From: an uncultured Verrucomicrobiae bacterium
GTDB taxonomy: Bacteria; Verrucomicrobiota; Verrucomicrobiia; Chthoniobacterales; JAFAMB01
Assembly: GCA_963789065.1 (NCBI GenBank)
Contig: CAWBKA010000020.1
Location: 4,192 to 68,191 of the forward strand
Direction of reading: 5' to 3'
Length of the DNA stretch: 64,000 nt
The translations under genes were made by a program, and so were the position numbers. The notes under the pieces are model-generated. The model saw only the letters and a program-made list of their open reading frames with translations. It was not told the origin of the DNA and made no database searches. Within the stretch, counting starts at the first letter, position 1, and the number at the start of each line of letters is the position of its first letter. Of this stretch, positions 38,517-49,745 are shown one piece after another.

Positions 38517-41500
38517 GATGCCGGGATCCCGAAAGCGCCGCCACCAGGAGTTTCAACAACGATCACGTCCCCGGGTTCGACCTCGGCTCGTGCACAACTC
38601 CCGAGCTCGTCAACCCGTCCATTGCTTCGGCGAATATAGGTCCGCCCGACTTGACCGGCACCGCCACCCTCCAAACCAAACGGCGCCACCAGCCGGCCAT
38701 TGGCTAAAATCGCCACGCTCATCGGCTCGCGGAAACGGATCTGACGAACAACACCGTCGCCTCCTCGCCAACGCCCTGCACCGCCAGTACCTCGCCGGAT
38801 TCTAAACGCCTCGAGCAGAACAGGGTAACGCGACTCCAGAATCTCGGAATCCGTTAACCTGGTATTCGTCATGTGAGTGTGAACCGCGGAAGCACCGTCA
38901 AACCCGCGGCCGGCCCCGGCGCCACCGCAAATCGTCTCGTAATATTGATAGCGGTTATTGCCGAAGGTAAGATTGTTCATCGTTCCCTGGCTGGCCGCCA
39001 GAACGTTCAGAGCGCCGTAGAGAGCGCTGGTGATCGCTTGCGATGTTTCGACATTGCCAGCCACCACTGCCGCGGGCGGTCTTGGTGCCAGCATCGACCC
39101 TTCGGGAATGACGATATCGAGCGCCTCGAGGCATCCGTCATTCAACGGGATATCTTCCTTGACCAATGTCCGGAAGACATAGAGGACCGCCGCCTGAACG
39201 ATCGATGATGGAGCGTTGAAATTATCCGCGACCTGAGCTGACGTACCGTGAAAGTCTATTTTGGCGCGGCGCGCAGCGGAATCGACGTCAATCCGAACGT
39301 GGATCTCCGCGCCGGAATCCATCTTCTGAACGAAACGACCTGACTTGAGGTGGTCAATCACCCGCCGGACCCGCTCGGCGGCGTTGGATCGAACATGGTC
39401 CATATAAGCCTCAACCACTTCCAAACCGAATTGCTCGACCACGGCAAGCAATTCCTTGACGCCCTTTTCGTTCGCGGCGATCTGGGCATGCACATCTCCC
39501 AGGTTCTGCGCAGCATTTCGAACTGGATATCGAGCATTGGAGAGAAGCTCGAGAAAAGCCTCTTCGCGAAAGCAGCCATTATCGACCAGCAAAAAATCGG
39601 TGATGAGAACCCCTTCTTCTTCAATGGTTCGACTATCCGGCGGCATCGATCCCGGAGTGAGTCCGCCGACATCTGCGTGATGGCCACGACTTGCCACCCA
39701 AAATCGAAGCTGATTCTCTATCCCAAAGACCGGCGTCACCACCGTGATATCGGGAAGATGCGTGCCGCCGGCGAATGGATCATTTAGAGCATAGACATCC
39801 CCCGGTCGAATTCTGTCCTCCCGACGCTCAAGGATTGCTCGCACGGAGCCCCCCATCGACCCGAGATGCACAGGCACATGAGGCGCGTTGGCAACCAGCC
39901 TCCCTTCGGCGTCGAACAATGCGCAGGAGAAATCGAGACGCTCCTTGATGTTGACCGAATAGGCGGCGTTTTGCAGGACAGCACCCATCTGTTCGGCGAT
40001 GGCCATGAAAAGGTTATTGAATACTTCGAGCAAGACGGGATCCGCCTCGATTCCGGTCGCCACGCGTGTTGTCCGAGGTACCGCTCTATTCAAGATGAGA
40101 TCCAGTCGAGGGGTTATCTCGGCTTGCCAGCCTGGCTCAATGACGGTGGTCGTGGTTTGCTCAATGATCAGCGCCGGCCCTTGAACGTTCGTTCCGGGCG
40201 CCATTCTTTCCCGCTTGAAAACCGGAGTGGACTTCCACTCCCCGGCAAACACGGCACTCAGGTGAGCAACCGGATCTGGACCGGCTTCGTCACTGGACCC
40301 GGGCAGATGGTCAACTCGTGTTTCGGTTCCGCTAATCGCTTCGACCGACACCGAGTCGATCATCAAACCTCGTTCGTTTGGATCCATGACAAACCCAAAT
40401 CGCGCAAAATGAGCCGCCTGAAACGCGTCTCTCATCTCGGCAATCGAACCGGCATCGACGGCCAATGCCGTATTGGTCCCACGATATCGAATATAAAACT
40501 TTCGGATGACGATTTCCGCCGCGGATTGCTGAGCTTCGAGCTGCAGCCGGGCCTCATTTTCCAGCTGAGCCAACAATCGCCCGGTTTGAGCCGCTCCCTC
40601 TTTATCCAACGGTTTTTCCACCGAACTTTCACGCAGTGCGCGAAGCTCGGCGAGTCCCATTCCGTAAGCAGATAGCACCCCGGCCAGGGGATGAATCAAG
40701 ACCCGATCCATACCCAGCGCATCGGCTACCGCACAGGCGTGCTGTCCGCCCGCTCCACCAAAGGTGACCAAGGTGTAGCGCGTCACGTCGTATCCGCGGG
40801 CTATCGAGATCTTCTTTACCGCATTGGCCATATTTTCGACAGCGATCCGAAGAAATCCACTCGCCACTTCTTCGGCCGTAAGCCCGCCCACCTCGACAGC
40901 GAGCGCTCGGAGACGTTCGGTGACCAATTCTCGATCGATGGGCAAATCGGCTTCTGGACCAAAGATTCTCGGAAAGAAATCCGGCGGGAGGCGCCCCAAC
41001 ATTACATTGCAATCGGTCACCGTAAGAGGGCCGCCTCGACGATAACAGGCCGGACCAGGGTTAGCTCCCGCGCTCTCCGGACCAACCCTGAGACGTGTTC
41101 CGTCGAATCGGCAAATCGAACCGCCCCCGGCTGCCACGGTATGGATATGCATCATCGGCGCACAAATTCGCACTCCGGCAATTTCGGTCTCAAATCGACG
41201 CTCATATTCACCGGCGAAATGCGTTACGTCAGTCGAGGTCCCGCCCATATCGAATCCAATAATCCGATCAAATCCAGCTCGGGCCGCGACCTTCGCGGCT
41301 CCTACCATTCCTCCTGCCGGGCCGGACAAGATAGAATTCTTTCCATGGAACAAGGTCGCATCGACCAAGCCGCCGCTTGATTGCATGAAGAACAAATTTA
41401 CTCCAGGTAATGCAGCTCGGACCTGCTCGACATATCGGCGAAGAACAGGCGAAAGATACGCATCCGCGACAGTGGTATCGCCTCGATTCACGAGGTTGAT

Positions 41501-42106
41501 TAATTGGCTGGTATCATGGCTGGTCGACACCTGGGTAAAACCGAGCTGAAGCGCGACTTCGGCAACCGCTCGTTCGTGCCGAGGATATCGGTAACCATGC
41601 ACGCAGACGATCGCGACCGAGCGAATGCCCTGCCTAAGCACTTCCTGAAGCGATCCTCGAACCACCGCTAAATCCAGAGGCTCAATCTCTTCCCCATCAG
41701 CGGAGATCCGACCGGCAATCTCGACAACCGTTTCATAAAGCTGTTCCGGCAAGACAATCCGCAGGTCAAAAAGTCTGGGCCGTTGCTGAGTCCCAATCCG
41801 CAGCACGTCGCCAAAGCCTCGATTGATCACCAGCGCAACTCGTTCCCCTTTCCGTTCGAGGAGAGCGTTCGTGGCTACGGTTGTTCCCATCTTGATCGAT
41901 GCAATCTGCTCAGCCAGAAGCGGTTCGTCCGATCGCAGGTCGAGCATTCGGCGAATTCCTTCCACCGCTGCGTCCGAATAGTGCTCCGAGCTATCTGACA
42001 AGAGCTTTGCCGACAAGACCCTTCCATCCGGACGACGGCCAACGACATCCGTGAACGTCCCGCCTCGATCGATCCAAAATTGCCACGGTGCCGGGTTCTT
42101 TTCCAT
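38513..42106 (-). CDS. 5-oxoprolinase / hydantoinase A-B fusion protein
   Basis: A 1197-aa intact ORF. WQFWIDRGGTFTDVVG.. is hydantoinase_A, and ..DPVLLEVFNNLFMAIAEQMG..DITVVTPVF.. is hydantoinase_B. Confidence 0.9.
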   Translation of the reverse strand: MEKNPAPWQFWIDRGGTFTDVVGRRPDGRVLSAKLLSDSSEHYSDAAVEGIRRMLDLRSDEPLLAEQIASIKMGTTVATNALLERKGERVALVINRGFGDVLRIGTQQRPRLFDLRIVLPEQLYETVVEIAGRISADGEEIEPLDLAVVRGSLQEVLRQGIRSVAIVCVHGYRYPRHERAVAEVALQLGFTQVSTSHDTSQLINLVNRGDTTVADAYLSPVLRRYVEQVRAALPGVNLFFMQSSGGLVDATLFHGKNSILSGPAGGMVGAAKVAARAGFDRIIGFDMGGTSTDVTHFAGEYERRFETEIAGVRICAPMMHIHTVAAGGGSICRFDGTRLRVGPESAGANPGPACYRRGGPLTVTDCNVMLGRLPPDFFPRIFGPEADLPIDRELVTERLRALAVEVGGLTAEEVASGFLRIAVENMANAVKKISIARGYDVTRYTLVTFGGAGGQHACAVADALGMDRVLIHPLAGVLSAYGMGLAELRALRESSVEKPLDKEGAAQTGRLLAQLENEARLQLEAQQSAAEIVIRKFYIRYRGTNTALAVDAGSIAEMRDAFQAAHFARFGFVMDPNERGLMIDSVSVEAISGTETRVDHLPGSSDEAGPDPVAHLSAVFAGEWKSTPVFKRERMAPGTNVQGPALIIEQTTTTVIEPGWQAEITPRLDLILNRAVPRTTRVATGIEADPVLLEVFNNLFMAIAEQMGAVLQNAAYSVNIKERLDFSCALFDAEGRLVANAPHVPVHLGSMGGSVRAILERREDRIRPGDVYALNDPFAGGTHLPDITVVTPVFGIENQLRFWVASRGHHADVGGLTPGSMPPDSRTIEEEGVLITDFLLVDNGCFREEAFLELLSNARYPVRNAAQNLGDVHAQIAANEKGVKELLAVVEQFGLEVVEAYMDHVRSNAAERVRRVIDHLKSGRFVQKMDSGAEIHVRIDVDSAARRAKIDFHGTSAQVADNFNAPSSIVQAAVLYVFRTLVKEDIPLNDGCLEALDIVIPEGSMLAPRPPAAVVAGNVETSQAITSALYGALNVLAASQGTMNNLTFGNNRYQYYETICGGAGAGRGFDGASAVHTHMTNTRLTDSEILESRYPVLLEAFRIRRGTGGAGRWRGGDGVVRQIRFREPMSVAILANGRLVAPFGLEGGGAGQVGRTYIRRSNGRVDELGSCARAEVEPGDVIVVETPGGGAFGIPAS

Positions 42107-42126
42107 CCCTCTCTGGTTTCAGACCC

Positions 42127-42711
42127 TTAACTCCTCAAGAACTCCAACACTTTGGCGAGAGCCCGGCCACGATGACTCAGGCTATTTTTGATCTCTGGTT
42201 GAAGTTCGGCAAATGTTTCCGAATATCCGAGAGGTCTAAACATACAATCGTAGCCAAATCCACCATACCCGCGCTCTTCCAGAATAGCCGTTCCTTCGAC
42301 GGTACCCGCGAAGGATCCAAGTAATGCAGCTTGACTCGCCAGCACCATGACGCAGCGGAACCGGGCGGAGAACTCGGTTCCCCCGACTTCCTTCAGTTTC
42401 CGAATCAACAAAGACCGATTTTCGGCGTCATCTGCATTGGGACCGGCAAATCGAGCCGAACGCACACCAGGAGCACCTTGAAGAGCGTCCACTTCGAGTC
42501 CAGAATCGTCCGCCAGAACCAAGCCGGTAAAGACTCGCGAGATTTCCAGCGCCTTGAGCACGGCGTTGTCTTCAAACGTAGCGCCGGTCTCTTCAATCTT
42601 CGGAGCATGCGGCAGGGCGGCCAAATCGCTGACCTGCCATCCGAAGCCAAGCATTTGCCCGATTTCCCGGGTCTTATGCCCGTTGGAGGTGGCAATTAAA
42701 AGTGTTTGCAT
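42127..42711 (-). CDS. rdgB: non-canonical purine NTP pyrophosphatase (RdgB/HAM1)
   Basis: ..LLIATSNGHKTREI..EETGATFEDNAVLKA..ADDSGLEVDAL.GAPGV.SAR..GGFGYD..F.. Confidence 0.9.
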   Translation of the reverse strand: MQTLLIATSNGHKTREIGQMLGFGWQVSDLAALPHAPKIEETGATFEDNAVLKALEISRVFTGLVLADDSGLEVDALQGAPGVRSARFAGPNADDAENRSLLIRKLKEVGGTEFSARFRCVMVLASQAALLGSFAGTVEGTAILEERGYGGFGYDCMFRPLGYSETFAELQPEIKNSLSHRGRALAKVLEFLRS

Positions 42712-42845
42712 CGTAGAGCGAGCCCTGAAAGTTGCCTCCTCCGCGAAGACTGATCAAACACCACAGGCCACCCGCGCCTGGAGAATGACCAACCTCATCG
42801 TGGATTGGCACACACTGTCTTGTCCCAGAAACATAAGTTATACCA

Positions 42846-45455
42846 ATGAGCGAGCGACGAAAACAGTTTCCGTTTCCGGAATTCGAACCGAAATGGCAAC
42901 AAACTTGGGAGGAAAGGGAAACCTTTCATGCTCCAAATCCGGGCGAACCGGGCTTCGACGCCGCTAAACCCAAGTTCTACGTGCTCGACATGTTCCCATA
43001 CCCCAGCGGCGAAGGACTCCACGTGGGCCATCTTGAAGGCTACACCGCGACCGATATCCTCGCTCGATACAAGCGCATGAAAGGCTTTAACGTTCTGCAT
43101 CCCATGGGATGGGATGCATTCGGATTGCCAGCGGAGCAGTTCGCGATCAAGACGGGGCAACATCCTTCGGTCGCGACTGTGCGCAATATCGAACGTTTCA
43201 AGCGCCAGCTCAAAAAGATCGGCTTCAGTTACGATTGGCAGCGCGAAATCAACACGACTGATCCGGGCTACTATAAGTGGACGCAATGGATCTTTCTGAA
43301 ATTGTACAATTCCTGGTTTGATCCGATAGAAAACGCGGCCCGGCCGATCGAAGAGCTCCTCGACAAGAGGAATCGAGAATCTCCGAATGAATCCGAGGAA
43401 GAGCGTCTGGAATATGCAGATGGTCATCGGCTCGCGTACGTGACTGAGGCTCCGGTGAACTGGTGCCCGGAGCTGGGTACCGTTCTGGCGAACGAAGAAG
43501 TCGTCGATGGCAAAAGCGAAGTTGGAGGGTTCCCGGTCGTACGGCGCCCGATGCGCCAATGGATGTTGCGGATCACCGCTTACGCCGATCGATTGTTAGA
43601 GGAGCTCGAAGGGCTCGATTGGCAAGAGTCGATCAAAACTCTGCAGCGAAATTGGATTCGGCCGCAGCGAAGGCGCTTTGGTGACATTCCGCGTAGAAGG
43701 CAGCGGCGATCTGATCACGGTTTTCACCACCCGGCCAGACACGCTTTTCGGAGCCACTTACGTCGTGCTGGCTCCTGAGCATCCTTTGGTCGATCGGGTA
43801 ACAACCAAGGCACAAATGCCCGAGGTTGCTGGCTACAGGGAGAAGGTTGCTACCAAATCCGATCTCGAACGGACGGATCTGGCGAAGGAAAAGACCGGGG
43901 TTTTCACCGGTGGATTCGCGATTAACCCGGTGAACCAGGAGAAGATTCCAATCTGGATCGCGGACTATGTTCTCATCAGCTATGGAACGGGTGCCATCAT
44001 GGCGGTTCCGGGCCATGACGAGCGCGACTTCCAATTCGCAGAGAGATTTGGAATCAATATTCGGTACGTCGTCGAGCCGCCGACACCGACTGAGTCCTGT
44101 TTCACCGGAGAAGGGGTAGCCAAAAACTCCCGTTTTCTGGACGGATTACCTACTCCCGCGGCAAAGAGAAAGATCAATGATTGGTTGGAGGAGCAAGGGA
44201 GCGGAAAACGCGCGACCACTTATAAACTGCGCGACTGGCTGTTCTCACGCCAGCGCTATTGGGGTGAACCGTTCCCGATCGTCTGGCGGAATGGTAAACA
44301 TGAAGGGCTTCGGGAGTCGGATCTTCCCGTGGTCCCGCCCCCACTTAGCGACTACCGCCCAACTGGCACGATCGAGCCTCCGCTCGCCAAGGCAAAGGCG
44401 TGGATCGCCCTTTCCAGCGGAGCAACTCGGGAACTCAATACAATGCCGCAGTGGGCGGGATCATGCTGGTACTTTCTCCGGTTCCTCTCGCCGCACGATT
44501 CAACCCGTTTCGTGGACGAAACTGCCGAGCGTTACTGGATGGGCGGCAACAAAGCCCGAGATCACTCCTCGCGGGAGGTGTTGACCTCTACGTCGGTGGA
44601 ACTGAGCATGCAGTGCTCCACCTTTTGTATGCACGTTTCTGGCACAAATTTTTGTACGATCTGAACTACGTCTCGACCGTCGAACCATTTCAGCGGCTGG
44701 TGAACCAAGGGATGATCCTTGGGCAGGACAACCAGAAGATGTCCAAAAGCCGCGGCAACGTCGCTAATCCCGACGATATTGTCGATGAGTATGGCGCGGA
44801 TTCTTTGCGTCTCTACGAGATGTTCCTGGGTCCTCTCGAAACGACCAAGCCGTGGAGCACGAGTGGCGTCGAAGGTGTTTACCGTTTTCTGGCCAGAGTT
44901 TGGCGGCTGGCGATGGATGAAGATCAGGAAGGTCAATGGAAGCTATCCTCATCCCTGGCAAGTGCCGAACTCAGCACGAAGCAGCTAAAGATGGTTCACG
45001 CAACCATCAAGAAAGTCTCAGAAGATACCGAATCGCTCTCTTTCAATACCGCGATCGCGCAGATGATGATCTTTGTGAATGAATTTACCGGCGCGGAAAT
45101 CCGACCCGTGGAAGCCATTCGCACCTTGCTGATCCTTTTAAATCCATTCGCTCCACATCTCTCAGAAGAACTGTGGTGGCGCCTGAGTGCCAGGTTCGCC
45201 GGATTCGACAAATTGGCCTGCCAGCAGCCTTGGCCCGAGTGGAATGATCAATTCCTCGCGGAAGAGGAAGTGGAAATTGTCATTCAGGTGAATGGGAAAT
45301 TGCGCGACAAAGTAATCGTCAAGAGGGACCTGGAAAATGAGGAACTGGAACGAGTGGCGCTTGCCTCGCTGAAGGTGAAAGAAGCCGCGCGCAACAAATC
45401 GATTCGGAAGGTCATTGTTGTGCGAAATAAGCTGGTGAATGTCGTGGTCGAGTGA
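42846..45455 (+). pseudogene. leuS: leucine--tRNA ligase, frame interrupted twice (an extra c at 43659; a second shift at about 44550-44575)
   Basis: Frame 3 reads ..[22 protein letters not shown]. Frame 1 continues [34 protein letters not shown].. Frame 3 then resumes with GGVDLYVGGTEHAVLHLLYARFWHKFL..KMSKSRGN.. to the end. Confidence 0.9.
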
Positions 45456-45457
45456 TG

Positions 45458-45570
45458 GGGAACGTGTCGGCGTGGGAGGCGCTTGGACCGGTAGGAGGGT
45501 TGCGCTTGCGCCGACCGGCGTCGCAGGTCTGAACCTGTAGTATCGCGCGTGGCCGGTAGGTGCCCGTTCG
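45458..45570. repeat. GC-rich REP-like region downstream of leuS (R1-related cgtgtcggcgtgggag plus ccggtagg hairpins)
   Basis: acgtgtcggcgtgggaggcg also occurs right after the stop at 29.62 kb. ggaccggtaggagggttgcgcttgcgccgaccggc is self-complementary. Confidence 0.6.
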
Positions 45571-45719
45571 GCGATGCGCGTGGAGTTGAATCAAAATCCA
45601 GCCCCTAACGTCTCTCGTGAACCGGCACTGAATTCGTCGGCCGTTTGCGCCACTGCTGTTGACCAGCGAACAAATATTTTGTCTTAACCCCCCAACAGAG
45701 CTCGGAAGAAGGCAGAGTT

Positions 45720-47045
45720 ATGAAACGTTCCCCCGATGGTATTCCAATTTGTTGCGGCAAAGCGGTCGGCAGAGGCAGAATGGTTAGTTTAGCAGCAGGC
45801 CTCTTCGCCTTGGCGTTTGTGAGCGCCACTTTCGGATCGAGTTTGCCTGGAGCGGCAGCCGAAACCCAGAGAGGTAACGACCACTGGATCAATACCTGGA
45901 CGGCAGGCCCGATGCCATCATCGACCGGTGGGCCACTTCCGGTAGTTTTTTTTGACCAGACCGTGCGTCAGGTTGTGCGGATCAGCCTGGGCGGAGGCAA
46001 GGTGCGCGTGCGGTTGTCCAACGAGTTTGGCTTCAAACCCGTGGAAGTGGCGGCCGCCCATGTTGCTCTCGCGGGAGCTTCAGGAGCGATTCAGCCGGAT
46101 ACCGATCGAACGCTTACGTTCGGCGGAAAGCCTGCGGTTACGCTTTTGGCGGGCGCCCCGATCCTCAGCGACCCGGTCGAGCTGAAAGTGCCTTCGCTCG
46201 CACACCTTGCTATCACCCTTTACTTCGCTCAGCGAGCCGAGATCAGGACCTGCCATTTGGATGCGGCCCAAACAGCCTACGTCTCAAAGTCAGGAAATTT
46301 TGTCAGCGCCGAGAAGATGCCGGTTGCCGACACCGCGACCGGTCGCTTTTTTCTCACCGCCGTCATGGTCGATGCTCCGGCGGGCTCGCGCGTGGTAGTG
46401 GCTTTCGGGGATTCAATTACGGATGGCGCGGGGTCGTCGCTGGACGCCGACAATCGATGGCCTGATCACTTGGCGGAGAGATTGAGTCAGGCGCCTGATC
46501 ATGGCGCTATCGCGGTAGTCAACGAAGGCATCGGGGGCAACCGGTTATTGAGCGATGGAATGGGGACCAAAGCTCTGGCTAGATTCGACCGGGACGTACT
46601 GAGTCAGCCAAGCGTTTCGCATGTGGTTATAATGGAGGGCATCAACGATATTGGATGGCCCGGGACGTTTCTGACGCCGCCAGAAGAACCGGTCACGGTG
46701 GAAAAGCTCATCGCTGGTTATCAGCAACTGATTGATCGGGCGCACTTACATGGGATCAAAGTCATCGGCGCGACGTTGACGCCCTTTGAAAGTGCGTTTG
46801 CTGGGACGCCCCTTCAGACCTACTACAATCCGGAAAAAGAGAAGATGCGGCAAGCGGTCAATGATTGGATACGGCAAAGCGGTGCCTATGACGGGGTCAT
46901 CGATTTCGACGTTGTGATCAGGGATCCGCAACACCCTTCGCGAATTCGGGCCGAATACGATGCGGGCGACCACCTACATCCCAACGATGCCGGTTACAAA
47001 GCAATGGGGGATGCGGTCGATCTGAAGCTGCTAGGCGATCAATAG
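45720..47045 (+). CDS. secreted SGNH/GDSL-family hydrolase
   Basis: ..VVVAFGDSITDGAGSS..NEGIGGN..GDHLHPNDAGY.. supplies the Ser, Gly, Asn and DxxH blocks. Confidence 0.8.
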   Translation: MKRSPDGIPICCGKAVGRGRMVSLAAGLFALAFVSATFGSSLPGAAAETQRGNDHWINTWTAGPMPSSTGGPLPVVFFDQTVRQVVRISLGGGKVRVRLSNEFGFKPVEVAAAHVALAGASGAIQPDTDRTLTFGGKPAVTLLAGAPILSDPVELKVPSLAHLAITLYFAQRAEIRTCHLDAAQTAYVSKSGNFVSAEKMPVADTATGRFFLTAVMVDAPAGSRVVVAFGDSITDGAGSSLDADNRWPDHLAERLSQAPDHGAIAVVNEGIGGNRLLSDGMGTKALARFDRDVLSQPSVSHVVIMEGINDIGWPGTFLTPPEEPVTVEKLIAGYQQLIDRAHLHGIKVIGATLTPFESAFAGTPLQTYYNPEKEKMRQAVNDWIRQSGAYDGVIDFDVVIRDPQHPSRIRAEYDAGDHLHPNDAGYKAMGDAVDLKLLGDQ

Positions 47046-47132
47046 AGCAATAAAGCATAGGTGCGTTTCCCTCGTGGTTTGAGGACGGGCAAGGTTTCGA
47101 TGCGTAGACCGCTGCGAGCGTAATTTAAAAAA

Positions 47133-47545
47133 CCGAGGACGAGGACGAGCTCGAGGACGAGGACGATTTAAGAACGAAAGCGATTCTTGGAGGTGCGAGG
47201 AAGAGATTTTCGATCTGAAAACGCCGAGTACGCCGAGCGCGAGTTTCCTGTCAAATCTTCACACGCGCTGGCCCGTGGGATGCTTCTGGCCATCGTTCCC
47301 CACGCGTGTGACGACGCGTTCTCCACCGGCCACGCCGATACGCCGATACGCCGACACGTTCTCCGGACGCGCCGACACGCCGATAGGTTCCCTTGACGTG
47401 CCACGCCGGTCGCGCGGGAGCGCAACCCTACCCACCACGCGTGTGGCGACGCGTTCTCCACCGCCGCGCCGACACGCCGATACGCCGACACGCCGATACA
47501 TTCTCCTGACGTGCCGAGACGCCAACACGTTCCTTGCCCCGTTCC
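47133..47545. repeat. repeat cluster: a GAGGACGAG-type microsatellite element (R3), then at least two direct copies of REP-like family R1
   Basis: ccgaggacgaggacgagctcgaggacgaggacgatttaagaacga (compare 3271-3317). cacgcgtgtgacgacgcgttctccaccg..cgccgatacgccgacacg occurs twice (about 47296-47365 and 47431-47505). gccacgccggtcgcgcGGGAgcgcaaccc is also present. Confidence 0.8.
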
Positions 47546-47673
47546 TCGCCCAAAAGACCTTGCAAGAAAGGTGTTCCGCCATTATTCCCTAGCTTGTCGG
47601 TGCCCCGTCTTCCGAAGGTGTTTCATCGCGAGAGCCTCATTCACTTGGCGCCGGCCTAACCTCCTCTGAGAAA

Positions 47674-47886
47674 ATGGACAAAACCGAATTAGTGCAGTTG
47701 GTGAGCAGCAAAACAGGGCTGAACGAGCAGATGGCCACTCTGGCTGTGGATACGGTGATCGGCTTCCTTAAGCAAAAGCTTCCAGCCGAGCTTTCCGGGC
47801 AATTGGACTCCTTGCTATCCGGCCAAGAATCTTCCTCCGGAATTCTGGGTGCGGTTAAGGGACTCTTCGGAAAGAAGGATAGCTAG
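47674..47886 (+). CDS. 70-aa hypothetical protein with an HU-like N-terminal 30 residues
   Basis: MDKTELVQLVSSKTGLNEQMATLAVDTVIGFLKQKL.., then a Ser/Gly-rich tail. It lacks the HU beta-arm. Confidence 0.45.
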   Translation: MDKTELVQLVSSKTGLNEQMATLAVDTVIGFLKQKLPAELSGQLDSLLSGQESSSGILGAVKGLFGKKDS

Positions 47887-48034
47887 CCCCGAAAATTCAC
47901 AGAGCCTGGGAAGAAGCCCAGACCCTGTTTTATTCCCTTTAGAACCAACCTTCCTCACGAGCCGCTTTCCAAGCGGGTCTAGAGCGCGAAAATCTCACGA
48001 ACACTTTGGCTCGTGAGATTTTGGCGCTACTTTC

Positions 48035-48829
48035 ATGAGCGCCGTTCGTACCGACTACCATATCCATACCACACTTTGCCATCATGCGGTTGGCGACCCC
48101 GTCGAGTACGTGCAGGCGGCGAAACGTGCGGGACTGACTGAGATCGGTTTCGCTGATCACAATCCGATGCCGGAGCAATTCGACGCCTGGCGGATGTCGA
48201 GAGAGGATTTCCCGCGGTACCTTGAAATGGTGGAAGAAGCCAGATCAACAGGATTCCCCGTTCGCCTTGGCCTGGAATGCGATTTTATCGATGGCTACGA
48301 ATCCTGGATTGAGGAACTGGCAGGAATGGCGCCATGGGATTATTTAATCGGAAGCGTTCACTACATCGCCCCGGGCTGGGATGTGGACAATCCAAAGTAT
48401 CTGGCGCGATTCAAGCAACATCCGATCGAAGAGATCTGGGCACTCTATTGGAAGCATTATGTCCGCTGCATCGAAAGTGGGCTCTTTGACTTTGTCGCTC
48501 ACCCGGACTTACCAAAAAAATTTGGCTTTCGGCCGGCCGGGGACCTTCGACGGTACTACGAACCCGCCGTCGAGTCGCTGGCTAAAAGAAACGTGGCCTT
48601 CGAGATCAACACGGCCGGTCTTCGCAAAGAGGTCGAAGAAATCTATCCGGCTCGAGAGTTTATTGAGATGGCAAAAAAAGCCGGGGTTTCGATATTGATT
48701 AATTCCGATGCGCATGCACCTGAAGAGGTTGCGTACGGCTTCGGCCTGGCGAGAGATCTGGCACGCGACGCCGGCTACTCCAAAGCGTGTTCATTCGAGA
48801 AGCGTCGGCGAATCGAAATAGATCTATGA
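48035..48829 (+). CDS. HisJ-family histidinol-phosphatase (PHP domain)
   Basis: ..DYHIHTTLCHHA..GFADHNP..GSVHY..NSDAH.. Confidence 0.8.
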   Translation: MSAVRTDYHIHTTLCHHAVGDPVEYVQAAKRAGLTEIGFADHNPMPEQFDAWRMSREDFPRYLEMVEEARSTGFPVRLGLECDFIDGYESWIEELAGMAPWDYLIGSVHYIAPGWDVDNPKYLARFKQHPIEEIWALYWKHYVRCIESGLFDFVAHPDLPKKFGFRPAGDLRRYYEPAVESLAKRNVAFEINTAGLRKEVEEIYPAREFIEMAKKAGVSILINSDAHAPEEVAYGFGLARDLARDAGYSKACSFEKRRRIEIDL

Positions 48830-49701
48830 TCCTGACGATGAGGGGCAGAACGATCGAGTTCCCTCGTCGTCCCTTGGTCATGGGGATCGTGAATATCAAC
48901 GATGATTCGTTTTCCGGAGACGGCTCACTGGAGATTGAACAGGCTGTTGCCACCGCGCAGCGGCATGTGCTTTCCGGTGCCGATCTCATTGACGTCGGAG
49001 GCGAGAGCGCACGGACGAATCGTCCGCAGATCGATGAAGAAGAGGAATGCGCCCGTATCCTGCCGTTCCTTAAACGCTTTAGCGAATGTTACGCCGGAAA
49101 GACGCCGATTGACGGCCAACAGCTGTTTCCACCTTTGTTGTCGATCAACACCTGGCGGCCGAAAGTTGCCGAGACCACACTTCGGTTTGGTGGCGACCTG
49201 TTAAACGACCTGAGTGCACTTCCGACGGACGAGAACGCTGCCATCGCCGCGAAGTACGGGGCCGGTCTTCTTATTATGCATTCGGTCGGGTTACCAAAGC
49301 AGCCGCATACGCATATCCGGTACGACGATGTCATCTCCGCTCTCAGCAGCTTTTTTGACCGGAAAATACAGCAGGCGGTGGCCGTCGGTCTCGCTCCCGA
49401 AGCGATTGTGCTCGATCCCGGCATCGATTTCGCCAAGCAAAGGCCGGACAACCTTCGGATCTATCGAGAATTGGAAAAGCTGAAGCGTTTTGGGCGCCCG
49501 ATTCTGCTGCCGGTTTCCCGAAAGACCGTGATTGCCGACGTCCTCGGCATTTCCAACCCGGCAGACCGAGACGCCGGAACGATTGCCTGCGTCGTGGCGG
49601 GCACATTGCGCGGTGCTTCGATATTTCGCGTTCACAATGTCCGTGCCGCGACGCAAGCATTGAGGGCCATTTTCCCGATCGTTCGCCAGTCGAAAGAATG
49701 A
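48826..49701 (+). CDS. folP: dihydropteroate synthase
   Basis: ..VMGIVNINDDSFSGDG..GADLIDVGGESARTN..DPGIDFAK..SRK..FRVHNV.. The ATG overlaps the upstream stop. Confidence 0.85.
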   Translation: MILTMRGRTIEFPRRPLVMGIVNINDDSFSGDGSLEIEQAVATAQRHVLSGADLIDVGGESARTNRPQIDEEEECARILPFLKRFSECYAGKTPIDGQQLFPPLLSINTWRPKVAETTLRFGGDLLNDLSALPTDENAAIAAKYGAGLLIMHSVGLPKQPHTHIRYDDVISALSSFFDRKIQQAVAVGLAPEAIVLDPGIDFAKQRPDNLRIYRELEKLKRFGRPILLPVSRKTVIADVLGISNPADRDAGTIACVVAGTLRGASIFRVHNVRAATQALRAIFPIVRQSKE

Positions 49702-49745
49702 AAGAAGCCGCCTGCTTACTGCATCCAGGCTCTGCAAAAGGGAAC

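Noticed and set aside
43650-43665. Programmed +1/-1 ribosomal frameshifting in leuS, and likewise in the kinase gene at 9298, 10046 and 12069.
   Set aside because: There is no slippery heptamer, no rare-codon or SD-like stimulator and no downstream pseudoknot. The contexts differ at every site (ctg-g-gct, acg-c-gac, gag-a-cgc, att-c-ggc).
47674-47886. HU/IHF-family nucleoid protein.
   Set aside because: Only the first ~30 residues resemble HU helix 1-2. The DNA-binding beta-arm (R..RNP.T) is absent and the C-terminus is a Ser/Gly-rich tail.
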